Source of the DNA: Okeania sp.
GTDB taxonomy: Bacteria > Cyanobacteriota > Cyanobacteriia > Cyanobacteriales > Microcoleaceae
Assembly (NCBI RefSeq): GCF_035285525.1
Contig: NZ_JAYKGW010000046.1
Span: 1-20,520, forward strand
Length of the DNA: 20,520 nucleotides
Direction of reading: 5' to 3'
The position numbers were made by a program, and so were the translations under genes. Of this stretch, positions 1-6,693 are shown in pieces. The notes beneath the pieces are model-generated. The model made no database searches. It worked only from the letters and a program-made list of their open reading frames with translations, and was not told the DNA's origin. Numbering within the stretch: position 1 is the stretch's first letter; every line of letters starts with the position of its first letter.

Positions 1-5
1 TATGA

Positions 6-26
6 AGTCAGGAGTTAGAAGTTATA
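6..26. repeat. Degenerate heptamer array (AGTCAGG AGTTAGA AGTTATA), STRR-type
   Basis: Three consecutive 7-nt units read directly. The same AGTCAGG unit recurs at 16788-16818. Confidence 0.6.
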
Positions 27-49
27 ACCGAGAATTTAAAATCCCGATA

Positions 50-643
50 TTAATAATTTTCCTTAGAAAAATTATCTTGAATTAATTCCTCAAATTCTGC
101 CACAGAATTAACTCTGATTGTTTCTAGATGTAACTGTTTTAAGAAAGCTAAATCTTCAATATTATTCAGAGTTTCTACCAGAGTTTCTGGGACTGATGAA
201 AATCGCATTTGGAGTAAGTCCAAAATATTTTGTCGGCAAGTTTGTTTGGCTCCTATTTGTTGACCTATTTTTTCACCTCTTTGTTCACCTATTTTTTCAC
301 CTATTTGTTGACCTATTTGTTTACCTTTCTCAAGACCACGTTCTTCCATCATACATAAAAGTTCCACTTTTTTTTCCTCCTCATATTGATTAATTTTTGT
401 TTCTAGATTTTGTTGTAATGCTGGAGGCAATGTCATCATTTTATCTATGAATTTAAACAAGTTAATAATATCAAACTTGCTTAATCCTTTTTCATATAAA
501 CTTCTGACTAATTGCCATTTCCATTCTTCTCGCTCTGTGAAATCTCTGGTGGTACTCTTAGTCTTTAAGTGTGCCATTACTATCATAGCAAAAACATTGT
601 TACTTGCTGATAATTCTTCCCACTTATAATCTAAGAGTTTCAC
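50..643 (-). CDS. Rpn-family recombination-promoting nuclease / putative transposase, C-terminal (DUF4351-type) fragment; probably part of a pseudogene
   Basis: The translation (V)KLLDYKWEEL...NVFAMIVMAHLKT...WKWQLVRSLYEKG...LFKFIDKMMTLP matches, from memory, the conserved C-terminal half of cyanobacterial Rpn/transposase_31 proteins. The track start at 641-643 is GTG. The same frame stays open and family-like (RWRPSSYKSGF..DFYVVKLLDY) up to 709, then meets a stop at 710-712 at the edge of the CAGTTAT array. A 12-nt periodic IGQQ/IGEK repeat lies at about 240-330. Confidence 0.7.
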   Translation of the reverse strand: MKLLDYKWEELSASNNVFAMIVMAHLKTKSTTRDFTEREEWKWQLVRSLYEKGLSKFDIINLFKFIDKMMTLPPALQQNLETKINQYEEEKKVELLCMMEERGLEKGKQIGQQIGEKIGEQRGEKIGQQIGAKQTCRQNILDLLQMRFSSVPETLVETLNNIEDLAFLKQLHLETIRVNSVAEFEELIQDNFSKENY

Positions 644-710
644 AACATAAAAGTCTAATCTAATCCGACTTTTTTTGAACCCAGACTTATATGAACTGGG
701 ACGCCATCTT

Positions 711-805
711 CAGTTATCAGTTATCAGTTATCAGTTATCAGTTATCAGCATTTTTGTTAGAGATAGTTTTCATTATCCATTATCCATTATCCATTATTAA
801 TTATT
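711..805. repeat. Two tandem heptamer arrays: (CAGTTAT)x5 at 711-745 and (CATTATC)x3-5 at 771-805
   Basis: Counted directly in the sequence. The arrays occupy the gap between the two Rpn gene fragments. Confidence 0.9.
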
Positions 806-1076
806 CTTGGTCGTACTGACTTTGAACTTCTATATGAACTAACAGCCATTTTTCTTCGTTGTTTAATAGCCAAACTTTAAATAATTTGTCAGCATAACGT
901 TTTTCTGTTGTGGCTGAGGCAGTAATTTGCTCTAGTTCTTTATCTAAAGAAATTGGCGTTTTTTTCCAATTAATGGAGTTGTGAATTTCTGGATAAAAAA
1001 AGCTGAGGAAAGATGGCAAATATTCTCCAATTGCTGCTTTCCACGGTTCATCATAATTGGCGGTTATTTCTATCAT
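801..1076 (-). CDS. Rpn-family nuclease / putative transposase, N-terminal fragment (truncated after the nuclease-core E-x-Q motif)
   Basis: The ORF carries YDEPWK...ADKLFKVW...WLLVHIEVQSQ, which is the D...(hydrophobic)EVQ start of the PD-(D/E)XK core typical of this family. It ends after QYDQE with a TAA at 801-803 that lies inside the heptamer array. Its frame differs from that of the 50-709 fragment. Confidence 0.65.
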   Translation of the reverse strand: MIEITANYDEPWKAAIGEYLPSFLSFFYPEIHNSINWKKTPISLDKELEQITASATTEKRYADKLFKVWLLNNEEKWLLVHIEVQSQYDQE

Positions 1077-1097
1077 TAATTAGAAGTTATAAAGTCT

Positions 1098-1508
1098 GAT
1101 TTTACTAATTCTCCCACAATTTTTGCCACACTTTCCGAAGGAGATAGTTATTTACAATTAGATAATCAAGAATATCCCTTTAATAGTGGGTTAAACTTAG
1201 TCGCTCACCCGAAAGGAAAACCAGTTCAAAGATTAGCATCTATGTCTGGAGGAGAAAAATTTTTAACAGCTTTAAGCTTTATTTTTGCCCTCCAACGTTA
1301 TCGCCCATCTCCTTTTTATGCTTTTGATGAAGTAGATATGTTTTTAGATGGAGCGAATGTAGAGCGATTAGCTAAAATGATAAAACAACAAGCACAACTA
1401 GCTCAATTTATTGTAGTTACTCTGGGTCGGCCTATGATGGAAGCATCCGAACGTACTATTGGTGTTACTCAAGCAAGAGGCGCTCATACTCAAGTTTTAA
1501 GAATCTAA
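1098..1508 (+). pseudogene. smc: Chromosome segregation ATPase SMC, C-terminal head fragment only (5'-truncated; copy A)
   Basis: The frame of ORF 1242-1508 extends upstream. It reads ..[85 protein letters not shown]...[33 protein letters not shown]. The ABC signature (SGGEK), Walker B (FYAFDEVD) and D-loop are all present. A full SMC is about 1200 aa; here the upstream sequence is the divergent Rpn fragment. Confidence 0.85.
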
Positions 1509-1544
1509 GATGTAGGATAAAAAAATAGAAACTAAAAAGCCAAA

Positions 1545-1617
1545 AGAAACCCGGTTTCTGAGTTAGAAGCTGGGTTTCTGAGTTATCAATCAAGAAACCG
1601 GGTTTCTGAGTTATCAG
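1545..1617. repeat. Three copies of a small palindromic element (A)GAAACCSGGTTTCTGAGTTATC
   Basis: Copies are AGAAACCCGGTTTCTGAGTTA at 1545-1565, a partial copy at 1566-1588, and AAGAAACCGGGTTTCTGAGTTATCAG at 1591-1617. Each core is self-complementary. The same element recurs at 4110-4178. Confidence 0.85.
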
Positions 1618-1673
1618 CAAGAGGTATACCCGCGCGAGCAAGATGCTTGCACTAAATATCATCAAAAAATAAA

Positions 1674-1703
1674 TTGATTTAGAGTTTTACAGTTCCTTAT
1701 GAT
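1674..1703 (+). promoter_or_regulatory. Candidate sigma70-type promoter for the sugar-nucleotide operon (TTGATT-N18-TATGAT)
   Basis: Hexamers at 1674-1679 and 1698-1703 lie about 70 nt upstream of the 1775 start. This is a sequence match only, in AT-rich DNA. Confidence 0.25.
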
Positions 1704-1774
1704 ACAATGGAAAATTATCCATTATCAAAAGGAGTATTAAGAATGCTTATTTCAGAAGAAAAACAGGAACAAAA

Positions 1775-2551
1775 ATGAAAGTAGTTATTCTAGCCGGTGG
1801 TATGGGAACCCGCTTAAGAGAAGAAACCGAATACCGTCCTAAACCATTAGTGGAAGTGGGAGGGCATCCGATTATTTGGCACATAATGAAGCTCTATGCT
1901 CATTATGGTTTTTGGGATTTTATTATTTGCTTGGGTTATAAAGGCAATTTAATTAAGGAGTATTTTCTTAATTACGAGGCCATGAATAATGACTTTACCA
2001 TTAATTTAGGTCGTTCCCAGGAAATTACTTACCATAACCTCCATCAAGAGCAGGACTTTCGCGTGACTCTGGTCAATACTGGTTTGGAAACTATGACTGG
2101 GGGGCGAGTTGCTAAAGTTAAACAATATATTAATGAAGATTTATTTATGGTGACTTATGGTGATGGTCTGGCAGATATTAATATTAAAGATTTGGTAGAA
2201 TTTCATAAAAGTCATGGAAAAATGGCTACTGTCACTACGGTACAACCGCTTTCTCGTTACGGAGTTTTAGATATTGACAAGGAAGCTAGGGTATTGAAGT
2301 TTGGGGAAAAGATTAAAGACGATAAAATAGTGAGCGCTGGTTTTTTTGTGTTTGACCGTCGAGTGTTTGATTATTTATCCGCGGAAAATTGTGTTTTAGA
2401 AAAAGACCCATTAGAAAAGTTGGCAGCAGAAGGTCAACTAATGAGTTATTATCATTCTGGTTTCTTTTATGCGATGGATACTTTTAAGGAATATCAGGAG
2501 TTGAATAAGATGTGGAAGTTGGGTCAAGCACCTTGGAGAATTTGGGAATAA
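1775..2551 (+). CDS. rfbF: Glucose-1-phosphate cytidylyltransferase
   Basis: The N-terminus [57 protein letters not shown] and the 258-aa length are characteristic of RfbF/DdhA. The next gene starts 1 nt after the stop. Confidence 0.9.
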   Translation: MKVVILAGGMGTRLREETEYRPKPLVEVGGHPIIWHIMKLYAHYGFWDFIICLGYKGNLIKEYFLNYEAMNNDFTINLGRSQEITYHNLHQEQDFRVTLVNTGLETMTGGRVAKVKQYINEDLFMVTYGDGLADINIKDLVEFHKSHGKMATVTTVQPLSRYGVLDIDKEARVLKFGEKIKDDKIVSAGFFVFDRRVFDYLSAENCVLEKDPLEKLAAEGQLMSYYHSGFFYAMDTFKEYQELNKMWKLGQAPWRIWE

Positions 2552-2552
2552 T

Positions 2553-3554
2553 ATGCAGGTAAATGATTTTTGGGGCGATCGCTCTGTCTTTATTACTGGC
2601 TGTACTGGTTTACTAGGCAGTTGGATGGTAGCTGAGTTGGTGGAGCGGGGGGCAAAAGTTACTGGTTTGGTACGGGACTTGGTGCCGAAATCTCGCCTTT
2701 ATACTGACGATCGGGCGGATAAAATTAATATAGTCCGAGGTGGTGTTGAGGATTTGGATGTTATTGAAAGGGCGATCGCTGAATATGAAGTAGATACGGT
2801 TTTTCATCTGGCGGCCCAAACCATTGTGGGAGTGGCCAATAAACATCCTTTGGGGACTTTTGAAGCTAATATTAAAGGAACTTGGAATGTATTGGAAGCT
2901 TGTCGTCGGGTGGGGGGTGTGAGTCGCATTGTTATTGCCTCTAGCGACAAAGCTTATGGAGACCAGGAGGTTTTGCCCTACAATGAAACTACCCCGTTAC
3001 AAGGAGAACATCCCTACGACGTTTCTAAAAGTTGTGCAGATTTAATTAGTCGTACTTATTATGTTTCTTATGGGTTGCCCATCTGTATTACCCGTTGTGG
3101 TAATTTTTACGGTGGGGGAGATTTGAATTTTAATCGCATTGTACCGGATACTATTAGGTCTGCTTTGCGGGATAAACCTGTGACTATTCGTAGCGATGGT
3201 ACTTATATCCGGGATTATTTTTATGTTAAAGATGGAGTTTTGGCTTATTTGCATTTGGCAGAACAAATGGATAGAAAAGAAATTTTAGGGGAAGCTTTTA
3301 ATTTTAGTAATGAGTTACAAATTACGGTATTAGAGTTGGTGCGTAAAATTTTGGTGTTAATGAATAAAACCAATCTAGAACCTGTTATTTTAAATCGGGC
3401 AACTAACGAGATTAAACATCAATATTTATCGGCAGAAAAGGCTCGTAAATTGTTAAAATGGCATCCAGAATATACTTTGGAAAAAGGTTTACAAGAGACA
3501 ATTAAATGGTATGATGGTTTTCTGAATTTAACTGATTTCAACAAATATAAATGA
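2553..3554 (+). CDS. rfbG: CDP-glucose 4,6-dehydratase (extended SDR)
   Basis: The N-terminus has [20 protein letters not shown], following the FW..+.V.ITG.TG..GSW pattern of RfbG. It also has an SSDKAYG serine and a YDVSK YxxxK catalytic motif. It sits immediately downstream of rfbF. Confidence 0.75.
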   Translation: MQVNDFWGDRSVFITGCTGLLGSWMVAELVERGAKVTGLVRDLVPKSRLYTDDRADKINIVRGGVEDLDVIERAIAEYEVDTVFHLAAQTIVGVANKHPLGTFEANIKGTWNVLEACRRVGGVSRIVIASSDKAYGDQEVLPYNETTPLQGEHPYDVSKSCADLISRTYYVSYGLPICITRCGNFYGGGDLNFNRIVPDTIRSALRDKPVTIRSDGTYIRDYFYVKDGVLAYLHLAEQMDRKEILGEAFNFSNELQITVLELVRKILVLMNKTNLEPVILNRATNEIKHQYLSAEKARKLLKWHPEYTLEKGLQETIKWYDGFLNLTDFNKYK

Positions 3555-4108
3555 AAATGAAATTAATTGAAACCAAACTGACTGGATGCTATATTATCCA
3601 GCCCAGAGTTTTTCAAGATGAAAGAGGGAGTTTTGTCAAGACTTTTCATCAAGAAACATTTGAAAAATACAAATTAGAAACAAAATATGTTGAGGAAGTT
3701 TATTCTATTTCTCATCAAAATGTTTTAAGAGGTTTACATTTTCAAATACCACCTCACGATCATACTAAACTGGTTTATTGTCTTTTTGGTCGAGTAATTG
3801 ATGCTGTGGTAGATTTACGGGTAGGTTCGCCTACTTACGGACAATACGAAACCTTCGAGTTAAGCCAGGAAAATGCTCATATCTTATATATACCAACTGG
3901 TTTTGCTCATGGTTTCTATGCTACTAGCGAAAAAGCTATTCTGGTTTACAATCTTTCCAGCATTTATGCTCCTAACCACGATCGCGGAGTACGCTGGGAT
4001 TCCGTAGGAATATCTTGGCCTATTGGTGAGACTAACCCTATTATTTCCGAGCGCGATCGCGCATTTTTACCTTTTTCTGAGTTTGAAAGTCCCTTTATTT
4101 ATGAATAA
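3551..4108 (+). CDS. RmlC-like cupin, NDP-4-keto-6-deoxyhexose 3,5- (or mono-) epimerase
   Basis: [42 protein letters not shown] and IPTGFAHGF are RmlC-family hallmarks. The ATG overlaps the upstream stop (ATGA at 3551-3554), which implies translational coupling. Confidence 0.85.
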   Translation: MKMKLIETKLTGCYIIQPRVFQDERGSFVKTFHQETFEKYKLETKYVEEVYSISHQNVLRGLHFQIPPHDHTKLVYCLFGRVIDAVVDLRVGSPTYGQYETFELSQENAHILYIPTGFAHGFYATSEKAILVYNLSSIYAPNHDRGVRWDSVGISWPIGETNPIISERDRAFLPFSEFESPFIYE

Positions 4109-4109
4109 T

Positions 4110-4178
4110 AAATTGCTTTCAGAAACCCGGTTTAAATTGCTTTCAGAAACCCGGTTTCTCCAAGAAACCGGGTTTCTA
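4110..4178. repeat. Three copies of the GAAACCCGGTTTC palindromic element, including a 24-nt direct duplication AAATTGCTTTCAGAAACCCGGTTT x2
   Basis: Read directly. The duplicated units lie at 4110-4133 and 4134-4157, and a third palindrome at 4163-4178. The cluster sits in the 95-nt gap inside the sugar operon. Confidence 0.85.
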
Positions 4179-4203
4179 ACCACGTTATATTAATCATAAA
4201 TTA

Positions 4204-5118
4204 ATGAAAAAAACGGTTTTAGTTACAGGTGCAACAGGTTTCATCGGTAGTCAGTTAGTTAAACACCTACTTAAATATAATTATCAAGTTATTATTCTCA
4301 AGCGTAGTTTTTCTGACACCAAAAAGATTGAGGATTGCTTGTCAGAGATAACTGCTTATGACATAGATAAATGCAGCATAGAAAAACCCTTTCAAGACTT
4401 TGGAAAAATTGATGCAGTAGTTCACACAGCAACAGCTACTGGCCGCCGTCAAGAGAGTCTAATAGAAATATTTGAAACTAATACTGCATTTCCTTTAAAA
4501 TTGTTAAATGCAGCTAAACATTTCCAGACCAAAACTTTTATTAACACCGATACTTATGTAAATAAAATCAATCTTCCCTATCAAGAATTAGGGAGTTATT
4601 CTCTTTCTAAAAAGCATTTCCAACAGTGGGGAAAACAAATTGCTCTAGCTCATCAGATCGAGTTTTTTAATGTTAGATTAGAATACGTTTTTGGTGTAGC
4701 AGATTATCCTAACAAACTCATACCATTAGTAATTAAAAAAATTTTAAGCAATGCCTCTGAGGTAGAACTTACTTCAGGGGAACAGCAACGAGATTTTATT
4801 CATGTTGAGGATGTAGTTTCGGCCTATTATTTACTGTTGGAAAAAGAATCCGAACCGTCACAATATTATCAAGAATATGAAGTAGGAATGGGTAAAGCAA
4901 TTTCTTTGCGACAACTTATAGAAATGCTGAAAGAGCTTACAGAAGTTCAAACAGAATTAAAATTTGGAGCTTTACCTCAACGTTCAGGTGAAATTATGTT
5001 TTCTCAAGCTGATACTAAAGCTATGAAAAAAATTGGTTGGTATCCTGCTAAAAGTTTAAAAGAACGTTTAATGCAAACCATTGAAGGCGAAAAAACGCTA
5101 AAAGAGCAAGCAAGCTGA
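4204..5118 (+). CDS. NAD(P)-dependent SDR epimerase/reductase, probable NDP-4-ketohexose reductase
   Basis: A Rossmann motif VLVTGATGFIGSQLV and a YSLSK YxxxK motif are present. The 304-aa size and operon context fit the terminal 4-ketoreductase. Specificity cannot be read from the sequence. Confidence 0.7.
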   Translation: MKKTVLVTGATGFIGSQLVKHLLKYNYQVIILKRSFSDTKKIEDCLSEITAYDIDKCSIEKPFQDFGKIDAVVHTATATGRRQESLIEIFETNTAFPLKLLNAAKHFQTKTFINTDTYVNKINLPYQELGSYSLSKKHFQQWGKQIALAHQIEFFNVRLEYVFGVADYPNKLIPLVIKKILSNASEVELTSGEQQRDFIHVEDVVSAYYLLLEKESEPSQYYQEYEVGMGKAISLRQLIEMLKELTEVQTELKFGALPQRSGEIMFSQADTKAMKKIGWYPAKSLKERLMQTIEGEKTLKEQAS

Positions 5119-5186
5119 AGAAATTGCTATTTTTTACCAAATTACTTGTAAAATACTACCATAGTCCGATTTATTGAAAAAAACAA

Positions 5187-6503
5187 ATGACTCAATCAAC
5201 TTCTTACTCTAGAGAAATTACTAAATGCCGAGTTTGTGGCAACGAAAAACTTACCCCAGTTTTAAGTCTGGGGAGTCAACCCCTGAGCGGAGTTTTTCCA
5301 TCCGCTGACTCTCCCGATCCATCCACTTCTCCTTTAGATTTAGTAATTTGTGATGGTGATGAATCTGTCTGTCGAACCCTGCAACTCCAACACAGTGCTA
5401 ATGTATCGGAAATGTATGGTACTACCTACGGTTATCGTTCCTCAACCAGTCGGACAATGCGCAGTCACCTACAAGGTATTGTTACAGAAGTTTTGGAAAT
5501 GGTACAACCTAATCCTGGGGATTTGGTTTTAGACATTGGTTGCAATGATGGTACTTTGCTGAACTTTTATCGAGAACGCAACCTAACTCGCATAGGTATG
5601 GATCCCTCAAGTAAAAAATTCGCAGATAATTTTGATACAGATATTCAAGTTATCTATGATTTCTTTTCTGCTGATGGGGTGCGGGAAATGGTGGGCGATC
5701 GCAAATGTAAAATCGTTACTTCCATAGCCATGTTTTATGACTTGGAAGACCCAATAGACTTTATGAAGCAAATTCATTCTGTTTTAGCTCCAGATGGGGT
5801 TTGGGCGTTTGAACTTTCCTATATGCCGCTGATGTTGACCAATCTGACTTACGACCAGATTTGCCACGAACACTTAACTTACCTGGGTTTGCAGCAGATT
5901 CAATGGATGGCCGAACGGGCTGGCCTCAAAATACTTGATGTCAGTTTGAATTTTGTTAATGGTGGGAGTTTTCGGATTATAGCTGCCCACAAGGATAGTG
6001 CCATGAAGCCTAACTATGAGGTTATCAAAAAACTTCTTGATGCTGAAGCGCCCCTCGCAACAATGGCTCCTTTTGACCGATTCCGCAATCGGATTATTCA
6101 ACATCGCGATGAGGTAAGAGCATTTTTTGATACGATGCGTTCCTCTGGTAAGAAAGTTTATGGGTATGGAGCTTCGACTAAAGGAAATATTGTTTTGAAC
6201 TATTGTGGCATTACCCCAGAGGATTTAGTAGCTATTAGCGACCTGCAACCTCAAAAAGATGGTTTGCTTACGCCAGGAAGTCGTATTCCCATTATAACTC
6301 ACGAAAAGTTAAGGGAAGCACATCCAGATTATGCTATGGTATTGATTTGGCATTTGCGTCGGGAAGTGATTGAGGATGAGATTAACTACTTAGAAAAAGG
6401 AGGGAAGTTGGTATTCGATTTACCGCGTCCCCATACAGTTAATTTTGAAAACTATCAGCATTATTTGAATGCTTCCTTTGAAGACCTAGCATTTTCTTTG
6501 TAA
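5187..6503 (+). CDS. SAM-dependent NDP-hexose C-methyltransferase (TylC3/EvaC-type)
   Basis: It has an N-terminal Zn-ribbon CRVCGN...LSLGSQPLSG, a SAM motif VLDIGCNDGTLL, and a long C-terminal domain with GYGASTKGN. This three-part layout and the ~440-aa size match sugar 3-C-methyltransferases as I recall them. Confidence 0.75.
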   Translation: MTQSTSYSREITKCRVCGNEKLTPVLSLGSQPLSGVFPSADSPDPSTSPLDLVICDGDESVCRTLQLQHSANVSEMYGTTYGYRSSTSRTMRSHLQGIVTEVLEMVQPNPGDLVLDIGCNDGTLLNFYRERNLTRIGMDPSSKKFADNFDTDIQVIYDFFSADGVREMVGDRKCKIVTSIAMFYDLEDPIDFMKQIHSVLAPDGVWAFELSYMPLMLTNLTYDQICHEHLTYLGLQQIQWMAERAGLKILDVSLNFVNGGSFRIIAAHKDSAMKPNYEVIKKLLDAEAPLATMAPFDRFRNRIIQHRDEVRAFFDTMRSSGKKVYGYGASTKGNIVLNYCGITPEDLVAISDLQPQKDGLLTPGSRIPIITHEKLREAHPDYAMVLIWHLRREVIEDEINYLEKGGKLVFDLPRPHTVNFENYQHYLNASFEDLAFSL

Positions 6504-6508
6504 AACAT

Positions 6509-6550
6509 AACAGCAGCACCTATTTGTTACAAATAAGTGCTGCTGTTTTA
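6509..6550 (+). terminator. Probable intrinsic terminator of the sugar operon
   Basis: AACAGCAGCAC (6509-6519) pairs with GTGCTGCTGTT (6537-6547). The stem extends inward through TATTTG/CAAATA, and a T-run follows at 6545-6549. It starts 6 nt after the stop codon. Confidence 0.5.
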
Positions 6551-6577
6551 CAGCGGTTTTCATTTGAATAAACCACA

Positions 6578-6605
6578 GTAGGGACGTTGCATGCAACGTC
6601 CCTAC
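6578..6605. repeat. Perfect 28-bp palindrome GTAGGGACGTTGCATGCAACGTCCCTAC (small dispersed repeat)
   Basis: Perfect self-complementarity was checked by eye. A near-identical copy lies inside a CDS at 16011-16038, and a sibling with the same GTAGGG...CCCTAC ends lies at 17492-17519. Confidence 0.9.
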
Positions 6606-6660
6606 AGAATTATCGCTTTTTTCGTGTGGCTCATTGACCTGAAAGCGGCTGTATGCCCTT

Positions 6661-6683
6661 AGAACAGACATCTTGTCTGTTCT
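6661..6683 (-). terminator. 10-bp hairpin just downstream of the TPR-GT61 gene (possible terminator)
   Basis: AGAACAGACA-TCT-TGTCTGTTCT lies 11 nt beyond the stop at 6694. No clear U-tract follows on the minus strand. Confidence 0.3.
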
Positions 6684-6693
6684 GTGTAGGTTT

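Noticed and set aside
118-629. Plus-strand ORFs 118-393 and 447-629 (FVDLFFHLFVHLFF... low-complexity peptide)
   Set aside because: They lie antisense to the Rpn-family C-terminal fragment. The repetitive peptide is only the reverse reading of the 12-nt IGQQ/IGEK repeat. I recognised no motifs.
50-1508. Nuclease plus SMC-like ATPase as a defence system (Lamassu/Wadjet-like)
   Set aside because: The ATPase piece matches the housekeeping cyanobacterial SMC C-terminus nearly motif for motif and is only a ~135-codon fragment. The nuclease gene is itself broken. The two are divergently oriented remnants, not an operon.
1465-1665. Minus-strand 66-aa ORF
   Set aside because: It is built almost entirely from the GAAACCSGGTTTC palindromic repeats (the QKPGF peptide repeats). 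It also overlaps the smc fragment end, so it is a repeat-generated ORF.
1775-5118. Classical rfb/ddh 3,6-dideoxyhexose (abequose/tyvelose/paratose) cluster
   Set aside because: No DdhC (E1, PMP-dependent) or DdhD (E3 reductase) is encoded. The epimerase plus C-methyltransferase point to a different end product.
2613-6104. Shadow ORFs inside the sugar operon (2613-2846, 3042-3266, 5350-5532, 5874-6104)
   Set aside because: Each is fully nested within a well-supported CDS, either antisense or out of frame, and none has recognisable motifs.
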